Shown here piece after piece: positions 1 to 11,000 of a DNA stretch of 64,000 bases; positions within the stretch are counted from its first letter, which is position 1; the number at the start of each line of letters is the position of its first letter. The notes under the pieces are model-generated. The model was not told where the DNA came from. It did not search any database and saw only the letters and a program-made list of their open reading frames with translations. Both the position numbers and the translations under genes were made by a program. The DNA comes from Candidatus Latescibacterota bacterium (GTDB lineage Bacteria; Latescibacterota; UBA2968; SICM01): assembly GCA_965217865.1 (NCBI GenBank), contig CBDCJO010000002.1:576001-640000 (forward strand), given 5' to 3'.

Positions 1-213
1 TCTGCATCGCACCCCGTGCTCAACCTGAAGGTTCTCCAACATTACTGTTGGTAGGGCGTGGGCTGGAATGGTGTAAAACAATATTAATGGATTACCGTCT
101 TTGTCTTTTGCAAGGTGACGATCATCATACCCTGGAATCTTCTTTCCTGTAAGGACCGTGGGATCATTTGAGGGATGAAGGCCTGAAGAAAGTAACTCTA
201 GAGATTCAACCAT
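1..213 (-). CDS. PD-(D/E)xK motif (DUF4420-like) protein, N-terminal part running off the window
   Basis: Hand translation MVESLELLSSG...HLAKDKDGNPLILF...LENLQVEHGVRC; GGAGG RBS; lies directly downstream of a Z1-domain gene, the usual context for this family. Confidence 0.5.
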   Translation of the reverse strand, partial: MVESLELLSSGLHPSNDPTVLTGKKIPGYDDRHLAKDKDGNPLILFYTIPAHALPTVMLENLQVEHGVRCR

Positions 214-1406
214 TCATAACCTCCTCAATCCCTCCTTGATCTTGGATAAGAACATCATTCTCCAAACGGCCAGGTATGTGAATTGCTACATTTGGGACAT
301 AATTCAGTAGCATCTGGATCTTCAGGATTGCCCAGTGTTCTCTGCCAATGACCAAGGATTTCGGTAATCCAATCGAAATATTGTTGATGACCTATGGTAC
401 GGTGAGATGGGTGAACCATCATTGAGCGATTTCCATGTCCATCTTCTTTAACTAAGCCAGAAGCCACGCCAAGAAAGAAAATACGCATCGCCTGGAGGAG
501 GCTATCTGGTGGGCCGAGTAATGGATTGTTCCTCGTAGGAATCTCGTCGGGAGGAATCTCTCTCACAAGTTGTTGATTCTCAAGAAAGAAATGGCGAGCA
601 CCAATATAGGCATCCCCAGGTGTCAACGTTACTGCAAAGCTAGGTGATAGGACATCAATTAAGTTGATTAGCAGCGGCCCTTGTGGAGTAGCAGTGTACT
701 GCAGAAAGGTATGGTGTGGTATTGTCTCTTTAAGTTCTCGTAGCCGGCGATATGTTGTGCTTTCCTCGCCCTCATTGATTAGGTTGTTAAGGCCAGCCTG
801 ATCACCCTCGTCATCGATAAGCAGCACCGGAACACCGTTAAGAGTTACGTGAGATAGGACATCAATTAAATGCTGAAGATGTCGGTGATGCTTCATAACA
901 GTGATAAGTATAGTGGCTCGCTGGGAAGAGGGAGCGTTAGAATCTCGCCAATCTTCGAGAGCACTGGTAATCCTTGTGTGATCTTGGTTTTCGACTCTGG
1001 GATTGTGCAGATGTCGCCAACATCTATCCTCACGCGTATCTAAACTCAAATCACGACGCAATCTGCTTTGAGATTGATTTGTTAATGGGATGGATGTCCC
1101 TGCGATTACAATGACCAAGGGATAATTGTTATCTCTCGCTAAAGCCGTTACAACTGTAAACGATAGAGTCTTTCCACTTTGAACGTAGCCAACCACAAGT
1201 CCTGTTCGCTGCCCTCTGTGTATGATAGGTGGAACACATTTTGATAGCACCGAAACAGCTTCATTTCGCAGTGCATCGCAACTCGGCTGATTAAGAGGTA
1301 GTCTTTCCATAAGCTCGTAAGTCTCTACTCCGATAGAAGGCCGCCATACGTCCATGTTATTTCTTATTATCTCTATTTGCTCGTGGTTGTTCTGGTCGCA
1401 GTTCAT
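207..1406 (-). pseudogene. Z1-domain/helicase-like protein with probable internal deletion
   Basis: GLVVGYVQSGKT, LLIDDEGD, YTATPQ and SMMVHPS motifs; only 383 aa; a C-terminus-like tail (PNVAIHIPGRLENDVLIQ) follows in another frame. Confidence 0.65.
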
Positions 1407-1544
1407 TTATTATATTCCGGGGCCTACGCAACACTAAGTGCGCCAGAGAGCATTGCGCAACAGAGTATTCACATTTCTGCGGATCGTACCAGCCATTCTA
1501 ATTCCACTATCTCGCGCTATCTCCCTTTTGTCTGATCGGCTCGT

Positions 1545-2014
1545 CCGCTGCAGATGGCCGGGCGGATGTCTCGCCCAGGGGCGATCCCCCGGGGTTCGTG
1601 GCGGTGCTGGACCGCCAGACCCTGCTGATTCCCGACCGCCCGGGAAACCGTCAAGTCGACTCGTTACAGAACATCATCGAGCAGCCGCGGGTGGGGCTGC
1701 TCTTCCTGGTGCCGGGCATGAACGAGACGCTGCGCTTGAGTGGGACGGCGGAGATCGTCACCGATGCGGCCCTGCTGGCGCCCCTGTCCGTGGGCGGCAA
1801 ATCCCCGATCTCTGGGCTGCGCGTCACGGTTGAGGAGGCATTCCTCCATTGCGGGAGAGCCCTGATCCGCTCTCGGCTTTGGGAACCAGAGGTTCAGATC
1901 GAGCGCTCCAGTTTTCCCACATATGGACAGGTACTGGCGGATCAGATCAAGGGGGCGGAGGCCAAGGAAATCGACGCCTCAGAAGATGAGGCCAATCGCA
2001 ACCGGCTCTATTGA
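1545..2014 (+). pseudogene. Pyridoxamine 5'-phosphate oxidase-like FMN-binding protein, 5'-truncated
   Basis: DVSPRGDPPGFV, IPDRPGNR, VGLLFLVPG..ETLR and FLHCGRALIRSRLW motifs; N-terminus missing. Confidence 0.75.
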
Positions 2015-2194
2015 AGAGAAGATCGTCCGTGGGTGGATCCCCTTTTGCGGGTGGTTTTTTGTTTTGGCCAATGGCCAAACGGAAAGGATGCGAACCAGCG
2101 TCGTTCTTCGTGAATGGTGAAATCCCACCACACCTCTACCGACGACTTTCTCGAGGTATCTTTGATAAAAAGGTGTGGAAAAAAGATATGGTAA

Positions 2195-3000
2195 TTAGGA
2201 AGATATTGGTACGAGATTCACCAGATATGAAGCAATAATTGGGAAGAGATCCTCGTCTTCCTGGTTGAATCTGAACTCTGTTTCCTTCAGGTATAAATGG
2301 AAATGATGTCGAGGGATTCCTCTGTATTGATATAGCCAATTTTTAGAAAAACTCCAGAAGCCTTCGATGCCATTGATGTGATGTCGGCCTTTGCCTTTGG
2401 GCACCCCTTCTTCTTTTCGAACAACCACGTGGTCACCTTTGACTGAGAACCAAGTATAGGCGGCCAGTCATCGGTGTAGTATAGACTGCCTGCTTTGGTG
2501 TGTGAGGTCACAAGCGGTGTAAGGGTGTTTCGACTTCGATCCGGAATGGGAAAGGTGAGGACTTTTCCGTTCCTCTGATAGAGCCCGAAAACTAAGTGTT
2601 TTCCGGCTGCTCCCCATCCACGCTTACCCTTATGATGACCTCCATACATCGCCTCGTCCAGCTCGATCTCACCCCAAAGCATCTGGTCCGTAAAGCTGTG
2701 ATCGTAGATGGACTGGCGAAACGTGGTATAAATCCGCTGAGCCGTTTTCAGCGATATGGTCAGGTAGTGCCTGGATCGGTAGGAGGGAACTCCCAATACA
2801 AACAGATAAAGTAAATGGGCAAGCTCGTCAAATGGAATTCGAAGCCTTTCAAGGTAAGTGCCGGTGAAATCTTTAAACCGATATCCACACCGTGAACACC
2901 TGAACTGATCGCCTTTTACTATGGGCAACCTGCGTTGATAATCGCAGCTTGGACATCGCCTTTTTCCGCCCCATCGGGCTGCACGAAAAGACCTAAATTA
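2195..3000 (-). mobile_element. IS1595-family transposase, frameshifted near 2460; element ends not resolved
   Basis: N-terminal Cys pairs (CSRC), EIELDEAMYGG...KRGWGAAGK, YYTDDW, then HINGIEGFWS...YLKETEFRFN in a second frame. Confidence 0.85.
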
Positions 3001-3055
3001 ACCCAAATTAACCTGAAAAAATCGATTTTCAATACCGAGAATATTTTCCACAAAA

Positions 3056-3101
3056 AAGAGGCAACACCTTAATTAATCAAGGTTTGCCCCTTATCTTTTT
3101 T
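3056..3101. terminator. Imperfect hairpin downstream of the tRNA fragment
   Basis: AAGAGGCAACACCTT...AAGGTTTGCCCCTT inverted repeat flanked by A and T runs. Confidence 0.4.
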
Positions 3102-3102
3102 A

Positions 3103-3143
3103 TCGGGCCGGCCGGATTTGAACCGGCGACCACTTGCACCCCA
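3103..3143 (-). tRNA. 3' half of a tRNA-Pro (fragment; possible att-site remnant)
   Basis: Reverse complement TGGGGTGCAAGTGGTCGCCGGTTCAAATCCGGCCGGCCCGA contains the T-arm GGTTCAAATCC and the acceptor strand; 5' half absent. Confidence 0.7.
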
Positions 3144-3208
3144 ATATCACCGTTGTTCGCTCCTGCCGAACTTCCATTCGGCTTGGGTTTTGTAGGAAAA
3201 ACTCCTCT

Positions 3209-3583
3209 CTACAAGGAAGGTAGGGCCACCCTTATCTTTTTACCACACCTTTTTATGTGCCTTTCCTTTACCTCGATCAGGATGTGGGGTTGATCGAAGA
3301 TGACCCTAAGAATCGCCTGCTGGTAGTTGATCTCCTGGTTGATAAAGGACGCTTTTGTCTGTTCGAACTCCTCCCTGGAGATCAGCTCCCGCTTCACCAG
3401 TTCGAGGGCGGAATTGTATCCCGATTTTGCCGTGTCATACGCGGCTTTCTGCTTCTTGAGCGCCAGGATCAGGAAAATTTCGTCATTCCGTTCCGAGTAG
3501 AAACTCTGGGAATACCCCGGGATCCAAAAACACGGAATCGAAAACAATACCAAAAACCACAATGTCAGAATTTTTGTTTTCAA
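3209..3583 (-). CDS. Secreted hypothetical protein, probably 3'-truncated
   Basis: Signal-peptide-like N-terminus followed by a coiled-coil-like segment. Confidence 0.4.
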   Translation of the reverse strand: MKTKILTLWFLVLFSIPCFWIPGYSQSFYSERNDEIFLILALKKQKAAYDTAKSGYNSALELVKRELISREEFEQTKASFINQEINYQQAILRVIFDQPHILIEVKERHIKRCGKKIRVALPSL

Positions 3584-3629
3584 CTGTGTCCGCTCCGTGA
3601 CGGCCGGCCTACGACCCTGACCCCGCTTC

Positions 3630-5069
3630 TTATCTTACATCATACCTCAAAATTGCCACATACGCACCGACAAAGCCCAGAACAGCAAGAAGGACAAGAT
3701 TCAGGATTCCGAAGACGTTTCGAGGCAAGCAGTCCCAAACGGTTTCCTCGTCCTTGTAATCGAAGGGGACAAAACCGGAAAGGTCGGGGTGCTCCTCAGC
3801 CCGCTTTTCCCGCATAAAGCCAGCCAAATAGGACCAATGCCGGTCCAATGCTTTTTTAAGACGCTCCTGCTGTATGATCCCGGTGTGAGCAAAGTCCATG
3901 GAGACAAAACTAACGGCACCGATTGGTGAGATGGACGCGAGAACCAAGGCAAGATTGTTTTGTTTTTGAATCTCGTTTTGCCGTTTCTCCATCAATGGTC
4001 TCAGGTGTGTATAGTACCTTTCCTCGATCTCGGTATTAGCTATCCTGTTTATCCTCACCCATTCTCCATACAATTTATCTGATATGTTCATCATCCAATC
4101 CTTCGGGGTGGTGAGACCGTGACGTCTCTTGAAGGCTTCTTGAACGTCTTCTCTCTCACTTGTACTTTCGGCCCTTAATTTAGGACCGATCTTGGAGGCT
4201 TCCCTTTCCTGATTGTAAATAATGGCCACGGGCTCAATGCTCCGCGCGGCCCGCACTGCGAGGTTTGGCAAGATGAAGACCCAGAGTGTCCAGAGTCCAA
4301 GAAGTGCGAGAAGGGAGGTCAAGCGCTTCTGTGTAAGGGCGGATGCCCATAGGCCGAATGCTGCAAATACCGTCAGATACAAAATAAACACCCCCAACAG
4401 TGCGGCCATTCGACCCCATTCGTCTCCTTCGATCTCCAGTTCAGGAGAGAAGGTCATAACCAGCGATGCAAGCAGGTACGAAAGCACGAAGGGAACGAGA
4501 ACGGCGATGGTCGATCCGGCAAGTTTGCCCAATGCCAAGGTCGATCGTGGTACTGGAAAGGAAGAAAAAATGCTGAGTGTTCCGGACTCCTTTTCACCGC
4601 ACACCGAATCAAATGTGAGCAGAAGTATACACAGACTCAGGATAAACTTGACGACGAATGCGAAATCGAGCATCCCAAACAGGGCTCGAATTGGATCGAC
4701 CGAGAACAAGCTTCGGCTGAAGATCAACAGGCGTCTATGATAGATCTGGACCTCCTGACCCAGTTTTCCAGACATTCCGTATACCAGAGGGCTGAGGGTC
4801 TCCGGCCTCCTGTTCCAGGTATAGCCGTAGGCCAGTAGAGGCCTGAGCCAGCTGTGCTGGGTTATATTCTTTATATGGCTTCGATTTCTTTCAAAGGCTG
4901 TGCTGTACTCATCCTTCTGCTTCTGATATGTCTTTGTTCCGACGTAGACACTCAGAAGCGACAGCAGTATACAGAGGGTCATGACCGCAATAAACCGCAA
5001 ATCGAGAAGGTGGTGCAAAAGTTCCTTCTGAAGAATCCTGCGAAACATCAAACAAACGCCTCCTCTCAA
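3630..5069 (-). CDS. ABC-2 type transporter permease
   Basis: KELLHHL N-terminus, FDSVCGEKESGTL motif, multiple TM helices, C-terminal RYDVR. Confidence 0.85.
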   Translation of the reverse strand: MRGGVCLMFRRILQKELLHHLLDLRFIAVMTLCILLSLLSVYVGTKTYQKQKDEYSTAFERNRSHIKNITQHSWLRPLLAYGYTWNRRPETLSPLVYGMSGKLGQEVQIYHRRLLIFSRSLFSVDPIRALFGMLDFAFVVKFILSLCILLLTFDSVCGEKESGTLSIFSSFPVPRSTLALGKLAGSTIAVLVPFVLSYLLASLVMTFSPELEIEGDEWGRMAALLGVFILYLTVFAAFGLWASALTQKRLTSLLALLGLWTLWVFILPNLAVRAARSIEPVAIIYNQEREASKIGPKLRAESTSEREDVQEAFKRRHGLTTPKDWMMNISDKLYGEWVRINRIANTEIEERYYTHLRPLMEKRQNEIQKQNNLALVLASISPIGAVSFVSMDFAHTGIIQQERLKKALDRHWSYLAGFMREKRAEEHPDLSGFVPFDYKDEETVWDCLPRNVFGILNLVLLAVLGFVGAYVAILRYDVR

Positions 5070-5145
5070 CTCTACACCGATTCCAAGGTTCCGTCACCAC
5101 AACGCGTTGGTCTTAAAATTGGGTACGTGGAACCTGGAATTGCTT

Positions 5146-6249
5146 TTACCTGGGATCATATCGAACCATGGCCACATATGCGGCGATAAAAAAAACCAGA
5201 CCCCACACGATAAGAATCCCCAGATCGATTGAGGCTTCAAGCAGCTCCTTTTTTGGCCAGGCCTCTCGATAGGTGAAGCGCGGCATGTCCGAAAAGTCCC
5301 TGATGGGAGGGCCGTATTTGGCTGAGTAGACCTCCCGGAGGCCATCGATTTGCTCAGAAGTATGCAGCCAGTGTCCTAGCACCAGCAGAAAGTCCCGCTT
5401 GAAAGCATCTTTGAATCTTTGATCCCTGTCGATTCCGGCGCCGGCGAGTCGAACTGTCCCGTTATGAAACGTAAACGCAGGAGAAAATCGGGCAAGTGTC
5501 GTGGCGAACCGCAGCCTGGCCTGATAGCGATTTCCAAACCATTCGTCCAATGTTCTGGTTACAACTTTTAGATTGCTCCTTTCCTCCTCCCGCCTTTCCC
5601 ATTCAATGATCTGTCTGACCTCCCTACCCTCCGGTGTGAGCCTCCAATCAGGATTTTCCTTATACCATTCTTCATAATGAGGATTTTTAAATTCTATTGT
5701 AGACCACAGCCCTTCTTTCTTCTCCACCCGTTCGCGAAGTGAAGGGACGGGCTGGGTCGCTTCAGCAGCAATTAGACTCATTCGAGGCATCACAACAACC
5801 GTCGCCACCCAAAACGTGAGGAGGAGTATGAACGAAGTCGATGAACGGCTTGAAAGGGATGATACGAACAGGCCTGCACTCGTGAGGGTCGTCAGATACA
5901 GGCCGACTGCGATCACAATAGCCAGAAGACGCTGCCATTCCTGAACCGAGAGCGCCACGTGAGGCGACGCCAGGATGACCCCTATGCCAAGTAGGAGCGA
6001 AAGACCGAAGACCGTCAAAATCGGAACCAGGGACCCGAGTAATTTCCCCAGAAGTAGTTTGAAATGGGGAATGGAGAACGAGGCGGTGAGGCGTAGGGTC
6101 CCTCTCTCTTTCTCTCCGGAAACGGCGTCGTAGGTGAGAAGAAGAACAAAAAGTCCGAGGATAAACTGGACGACCAGACCCAGGTCGAGCGGGGGAAAAA
6201 CCCCCGTAATCGGCTCCAATTCCACGGGGCTGCCGAGGCGGAGATCCAC
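5146..6249 (-). pseudogene. ABC-2 type permease paralogue, 5'-truncated
   Basis: YDAVSGEKERGTLRL motif, TM helices, C-terminal RYDPR; lacks the N-terminal part present in its neighbour. Confidence 0.75.
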
Positions 6250-6400
6250 ACGCAGACCTACTAACGGTGGCGGGGAAAGAGTGTCGGATAAGCGATTGCA
6301 TCGCTTTGACAGAAATCAAGGAATCAGGAAGAATCTCAATAGAATCAAGGACTGGAGGACTGTCTCAGGGGCGCGCAGATGGGTCGATAAGGGGAAGTGA

Positions 6401-7012
6401 ATGAAGCATGCTGGCATTTTCGTGATGGGTGCCCTGAGCATTTTCTATATCGCCGCCATTCTCTTGCTTCGTGGTAACGATGCTTGGGAGCTCTTAAGGG
6501 CAGGCAACCTCAACGAGTTGGGAGACTTCCTCGCAGGTGTTTTCACACCCCTGGCTTTCGGTTGGTTGGTATACGGGTATCTCCTACAGTCCAAAGAGAT
6601 CCGCCTTCAGCGCGAGGAACTAACGCTTACACGGAAACAGCTCGGCAAGCAGATTGAATTGTTACAGGAGCAAGTAACAGCAGACTACCAGGATTCCATA
6701 CCCCGTCTCGTTCTTAGAATCGCTTCCCACGCGGATTGGTGGTGGTGGATAGTCGAAAACAAAGGGGGCCATGCGAAAGGTATAGAACTGTTGAATCGTA
6801 ATGAAAACCTGAGAGTCGCAGAGAAGAACTCCTTGGCACATGGTGAATCTTTCCAATTCGAAGTTTCGACAATCAGCTCTGTTAACTCATATGAGGCGCG
6901 CTTCAACTCGGACCGTTCAGAAAGGTTCCGTCAATGCTGGGAGATCGACGCAGGCAAGTGTAAGGAAATCACGGAAGGGCCGGAGCGGCTAAATGAAGGT
7001 CAAGAGGGTTAG
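6401..7012 (+). CDS. Hypothetical membrane protein (two TM helices plus coiled coil)
   Basis: NELGDFLAGVF.PLAF.WLV.GY..Q..E...QREEL pattern; RBS upstream. Confidence 0.6.
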   Translation: MKHAGIFVMGALSIFYIAAILLLRGNDAWELLRAGNLNELGDFLAGVFTPLAFGWLVYGYLLQSKEIRLQREELTLTRKQLGKQIELLQEQVTADYQDSIPRLVLRIASHADWWWWIVENKGGHAKGIELLNRNENLRVAEKNSLAHGESFQFEVSTISSVNSYEARFNSDRSERFRQCWEIDAGKCKEITEGPERLNEGQEG

Positions 7013-7019
7013 GAAATAA

Positions 7020-7450
7020 TCTATGACACCCAGCGTCCCGTTGATGGAAATCATTACCACAAACACACGGAAGGCGGCGAACTGCAGTGGCCCGAACCCG
7101 GTCGCCCAATGTTGTTGATCGGCACGTTCAACAAGATCTCGCAATACAGCTCAGGAATATTTCTCGACCTTCGCTGGCGTTTTCGGTCGACAATCGGAGA
7201 AGCTAGTCAAATGGTCGTTTGTGGCTACGGTTTCGGAGACAAAGGAATCAACACCGAGATAACCGCATGGTATGAGCAAGGGCGACGGCTCGTAATAATT
7301 CACCCGGATCCTGACAGCCTTGTCGCCAATGCACGAGGTGCAATACACAAAATTTGGCCTGAGTGGCGGAGAACCGGCTCGATCTCAATCATAAAAAAAC
7401 GATTCGAGGAAGTTGATTGTGATGAGTTTGTGGCGGCGATTTGCACCTAA
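7020..7450 (+). pseudogene. SIR2-like domain protein, C-terminal fragment
   Basis: LLIGTFNK...VVCGYGFGDKGIN resembles the SIR2_2 GYSFxD motif. Confidence 0.55.
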
Positions 7451-7592
7451 CCAAGTGCTGCGAGCACGTTGCCCAGGTGGGTTCTGTTCAACCTAGGCCT
7501 GCGGGATGCGGTCGGGAGCCACAATCTGTCGGGAGCCACAATCTCATGTCTTGTGTGGGGAAGCCTTTACGTTAGTCACAAAGGGGGTAGCT

Positions 7593-7886
7593 ATGGCTGG
7601 TAAAAAGAGCGGTAAACTCGACAAGAAAGGAATTGAAGGCCTCGCGAAGGACAAGCCTGTCGTGTATAAGATCGAGGACGACAAGGGGAAGAATCTGTAT
7701 ACCGGTGTCGCACAGAGAGGGAGAGTTGAGGCCCGGATGAAGGAGCATCTGCCAGGTGGCGCTGATCCCGTGAGGGGTGGTGTGAAGGTCCGAATTCAAC
7801 AAAAGTCGACCATAGCGGAGGCTGAAAAGTCCGAGGCAAGAATGATCAAAAGAAGTCAACCACCTCAAAACAAAAAGGGTAAGTGA
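7593..7886 (+). CDS. Small GIY-YIG-like nuclease domain protein
   Basis: VVYKI...LYTGVA...EARMKEH and a later conserved E and N; GGGGG RBS. Confidence 0.65.
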   Translation: MAGKKSGKLDKKGIEGLAKDKPVVYKIEDDKGKNLYTGVAQRGRVEARMKEHLPGGADPVRGGVKVRIQQKSTIAEAEKSEARMIKRSQPPQNKKGK

Positions 7887-8044
7887 TCCATAGTATCGGT
7901 AGCGGATCGACGCGGGGCCGTCAGACTCGCGCGAGCTCACCCCTGAAGACTCCTCTTTCCGCACAGGTTGCATGAACCCGGCCAAGCTGATTATAGTGGT
8001 GTATATAGCAATTCACTGATCAATATGATTGGAAGTTCATATCC

Positions 8045-11000
8045 ATGGAACGGACCCCGGAATTGACGCCCGACCGGATACGAGCGATTCGCGAAGGCAA
8101 GCTTCATCCAGCGAGTTCTCGGGTGCCCGCCCCGTTCGAAGTGGAATCCGACGACATCGCGTCGTTTGGGCCTCCTGCGTTTCCCAATCTTCTGCGACGA
8201 CTCCTCTCTGCTGAGGCCCGAGAGTACGGCCTCCCCCAAGACGGCATCCGCGTCGCCAGCAACATCCATGTCCCCGATGGAGGGGAAGACGGGCGCATCT
8301 CATGGAGGGGCGGTCCCGAGCGCACTCCATTCCTGCCGTCCCGGCTATGCCAGTTTCAGTTGAAGGCCGGCAAGATATCGCCCGCTCGGGCGGGCAAGGA
8401 TGTGCTGACGAACGAAGCCGAAGTGAAGACGATGGTCCGTTCGGTCCTCGAGCGGGGCGGAAACTACATCATGCTCTGTGTGCAGCCCTATAACCAACGG
8501 CAGGTAGAGGCGCGGCAGCGTGGTATCTGTGACGCTCTGGCGAAGGCCGGATTGTCGGTCCTGGATCACCTGATCGGCTTTTGGGAAGCCAATCAAATCG
8601 CCGCGTGGGTGAATACCCACCAATCGGTTGCCCTCTGGGTCAGGGAAGAGGTGGGGCTCGGGACGCCAGGCGGCTTTACTTCGTGGAACCATTGGAATGG
8701 CCGGAGTGAGCACTCTGTGCCATGGGTAGACGATCCCCGACTGGCCGACCTGCGCCGCACGATTCGGGACAAGGTGACGGAGTCCGGCGCGGTTCTCCGG
8801 GTGGTCGGATTGTCGGGCATCGGCAAGTCCCGGCTCTGTCTCGAAGCTCTGAAGACGGTCGGCGAAGACGAAATTGCCAGCCGCTCGCTTCGGGACTTCG
8901 TAATGTACGCAGTACAGTCTGAAGTGGGTGCGGAAGCGATTCATCCCCTCGTCGAGAAACTGGCCGTCTCCGGCGGACGCGCCGTCGTGGTCGTGGACGA
9001 CTGCGACGCGCGAGGACATGCCATCTTGGCCGGGATGGTGTCGCGCCCGGGGAGCCGCCTCTCGCTGGTCACCATCGATAATGAGATTCCCTCTCATATC
9101 GATGCCGCCACCATCAAGATCGACGAAGCCCCAGCGACTGTCATCGAACCCATCGTCGACCATGCCGCCGCGACACTACAGGATGTGGACCGGCACCGCC
9201 TTGCACGCCTCTCGCGGGGATTCCCGGAAGTTGCAATCCGAATCGCCAAGGAATCTGATACGAGGCGGCGATACCTAACCTATCCGGCCGACGACCACCT
9301 CATTGACGAATTCGTCTTGGGTCGGAGGCCAACGGACCGAGCGCTATTGCTCCAATCTGCCCAACTGCTCGCCGCGTTCGGGCCGGTAAGAGTAGAGCCT
9401 ACGGCAGAGGCACACCTCGGCGCGTTTCAAACGGTCGGAACGGAGTCCTTAGCTGAAGAACATCTCGCGAGAATTGCCGACCTTGGTCGCCATCTGACCC
9501 GCGATGACCTGTACGCAGGAATCCAACGACTCGTCCAACGAGACGTAGTCAAGCGTAGAGGAGGACTCGGGACGATTCAACCGCGCCCAATCGCCGTCAG
9601 GCTCGCGGAACGACAGTGGAAGGAATGGGACAACAGGAAGTGGGACCGCGTGCTGTCGGGCGACATCGGCTCCGACCTAAGTGTCTCGGCGGCCCGGCGC
9701 CTCGCTGAACTGAACGCTTCGGAGGTAGCGAGCAACGTGGTGGATCACGTCTGCCGGGAGAGCGGGCACTTCGACCGAGTCGATGAGATTGTCCTTCCAG
9801 GTCGTGCGGAGGTCCTCTCAGCCCTCGCCCAGATCAATGCGGATGCCGTCGCGGAGCTCATCGGCCGTTCCCTGGATCGCTTGGGCGACCTGGGGCAACT
9901 CGGAGACGGTGTTCGCCGTCCTATCGTCCGTGCGCTGAGAACGATTGCCTTCCCCTCCAGCACATTCATGGTCGGGGCTCGTATGATGCTTCGACTGGCG
10001 GTCACCGGGAACGCGTCGGGGGTATCGGCAGCAGCATCACGTCCCTTTGTGGAACTCTTTTCCCCGGTCCTTGGGGGCACCGAAGCCGACGGCGGCGCTC
10101 GACTGCTGTTCCTCGACGAGGCCGCTGACACGAGTCACCAGGCGCAGTTGAGCCATGTCGTCGAAGCGCTGGTCGCCGGCTGCAGCGTGGGAGGGTACTC
10201 GCGGACGGTCGGCCCGGAGATTCAGGGCTCCCGGAGAGCATTGCATCCCTGGTATCCGAACTCGAAACAGGAACTGGCCAGGTACATCGCGGGATGCGTG
10301 AACCGCCTGGGCGGACTCGCGGCGAGAGACGACGATGTGGGGGCGAAGGCCCGTTCCGATCTCGGCGGGGCAATCTCGTCTCTGATGTGCCACGGCTTCG
10401 TCGAAGCGGTCGAGGAGGCTATCCAACGAGTTGTCGGTGCGGGCTGTTCCTGGTCACTGGCGCTGAGGCAGTTGAAGGCTGTCCTCGAGCATGACTCCGA
10501 GCTCATCGACGACAAGACGGCCGATCGCGTTCGGTCCCTGGTCGACAAACTCGAGCCGACGAGCCTTCGAGAACGGGTACGGGTGTTCGTTACCGAGCCT
10601 CCGATGCCGGGGTTCATGGAAACGGAATTGTCGATATCGGCACAGTCTGAGCGTCATCGCGCCATCGTGCTTGCCTTGGCCGACGAACTCCTAGGGGAAT
10701 TACCGACCCTCAGGGAACTCCTGCCTGAGCTCAGCAGAGGAAGGCAGTCGATGGCGGACGAACTCGGAGAATCGCTCGCGAAGTCTGCGCCGTCACCGCT
10801 TGAGTGGCTAGAGCCGATTGTTAAGGCCGTCGTGGGCATACCCACGTCCGAACGTAACTATGGCTTGCTTTCTGGATTCGTCGCGGGTCTCCCAGCGCGA
10901 TTCCACGATGAAGCCGAGGCTTTCAGGACGAGGGCGGTAGGATCACCCGATCTCGCCCCGGCATTTCCCAGGATTTGCAGGCACGCCGGTCTCACCCCGA

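Noticed and set aside
7020-7450. SIR2 fragment plus the TIR gene as a Thoeris system
   Set aside because: They are over 21 kb apart, and the SIR2 piece is a fragment with no SLOG or Macro domain
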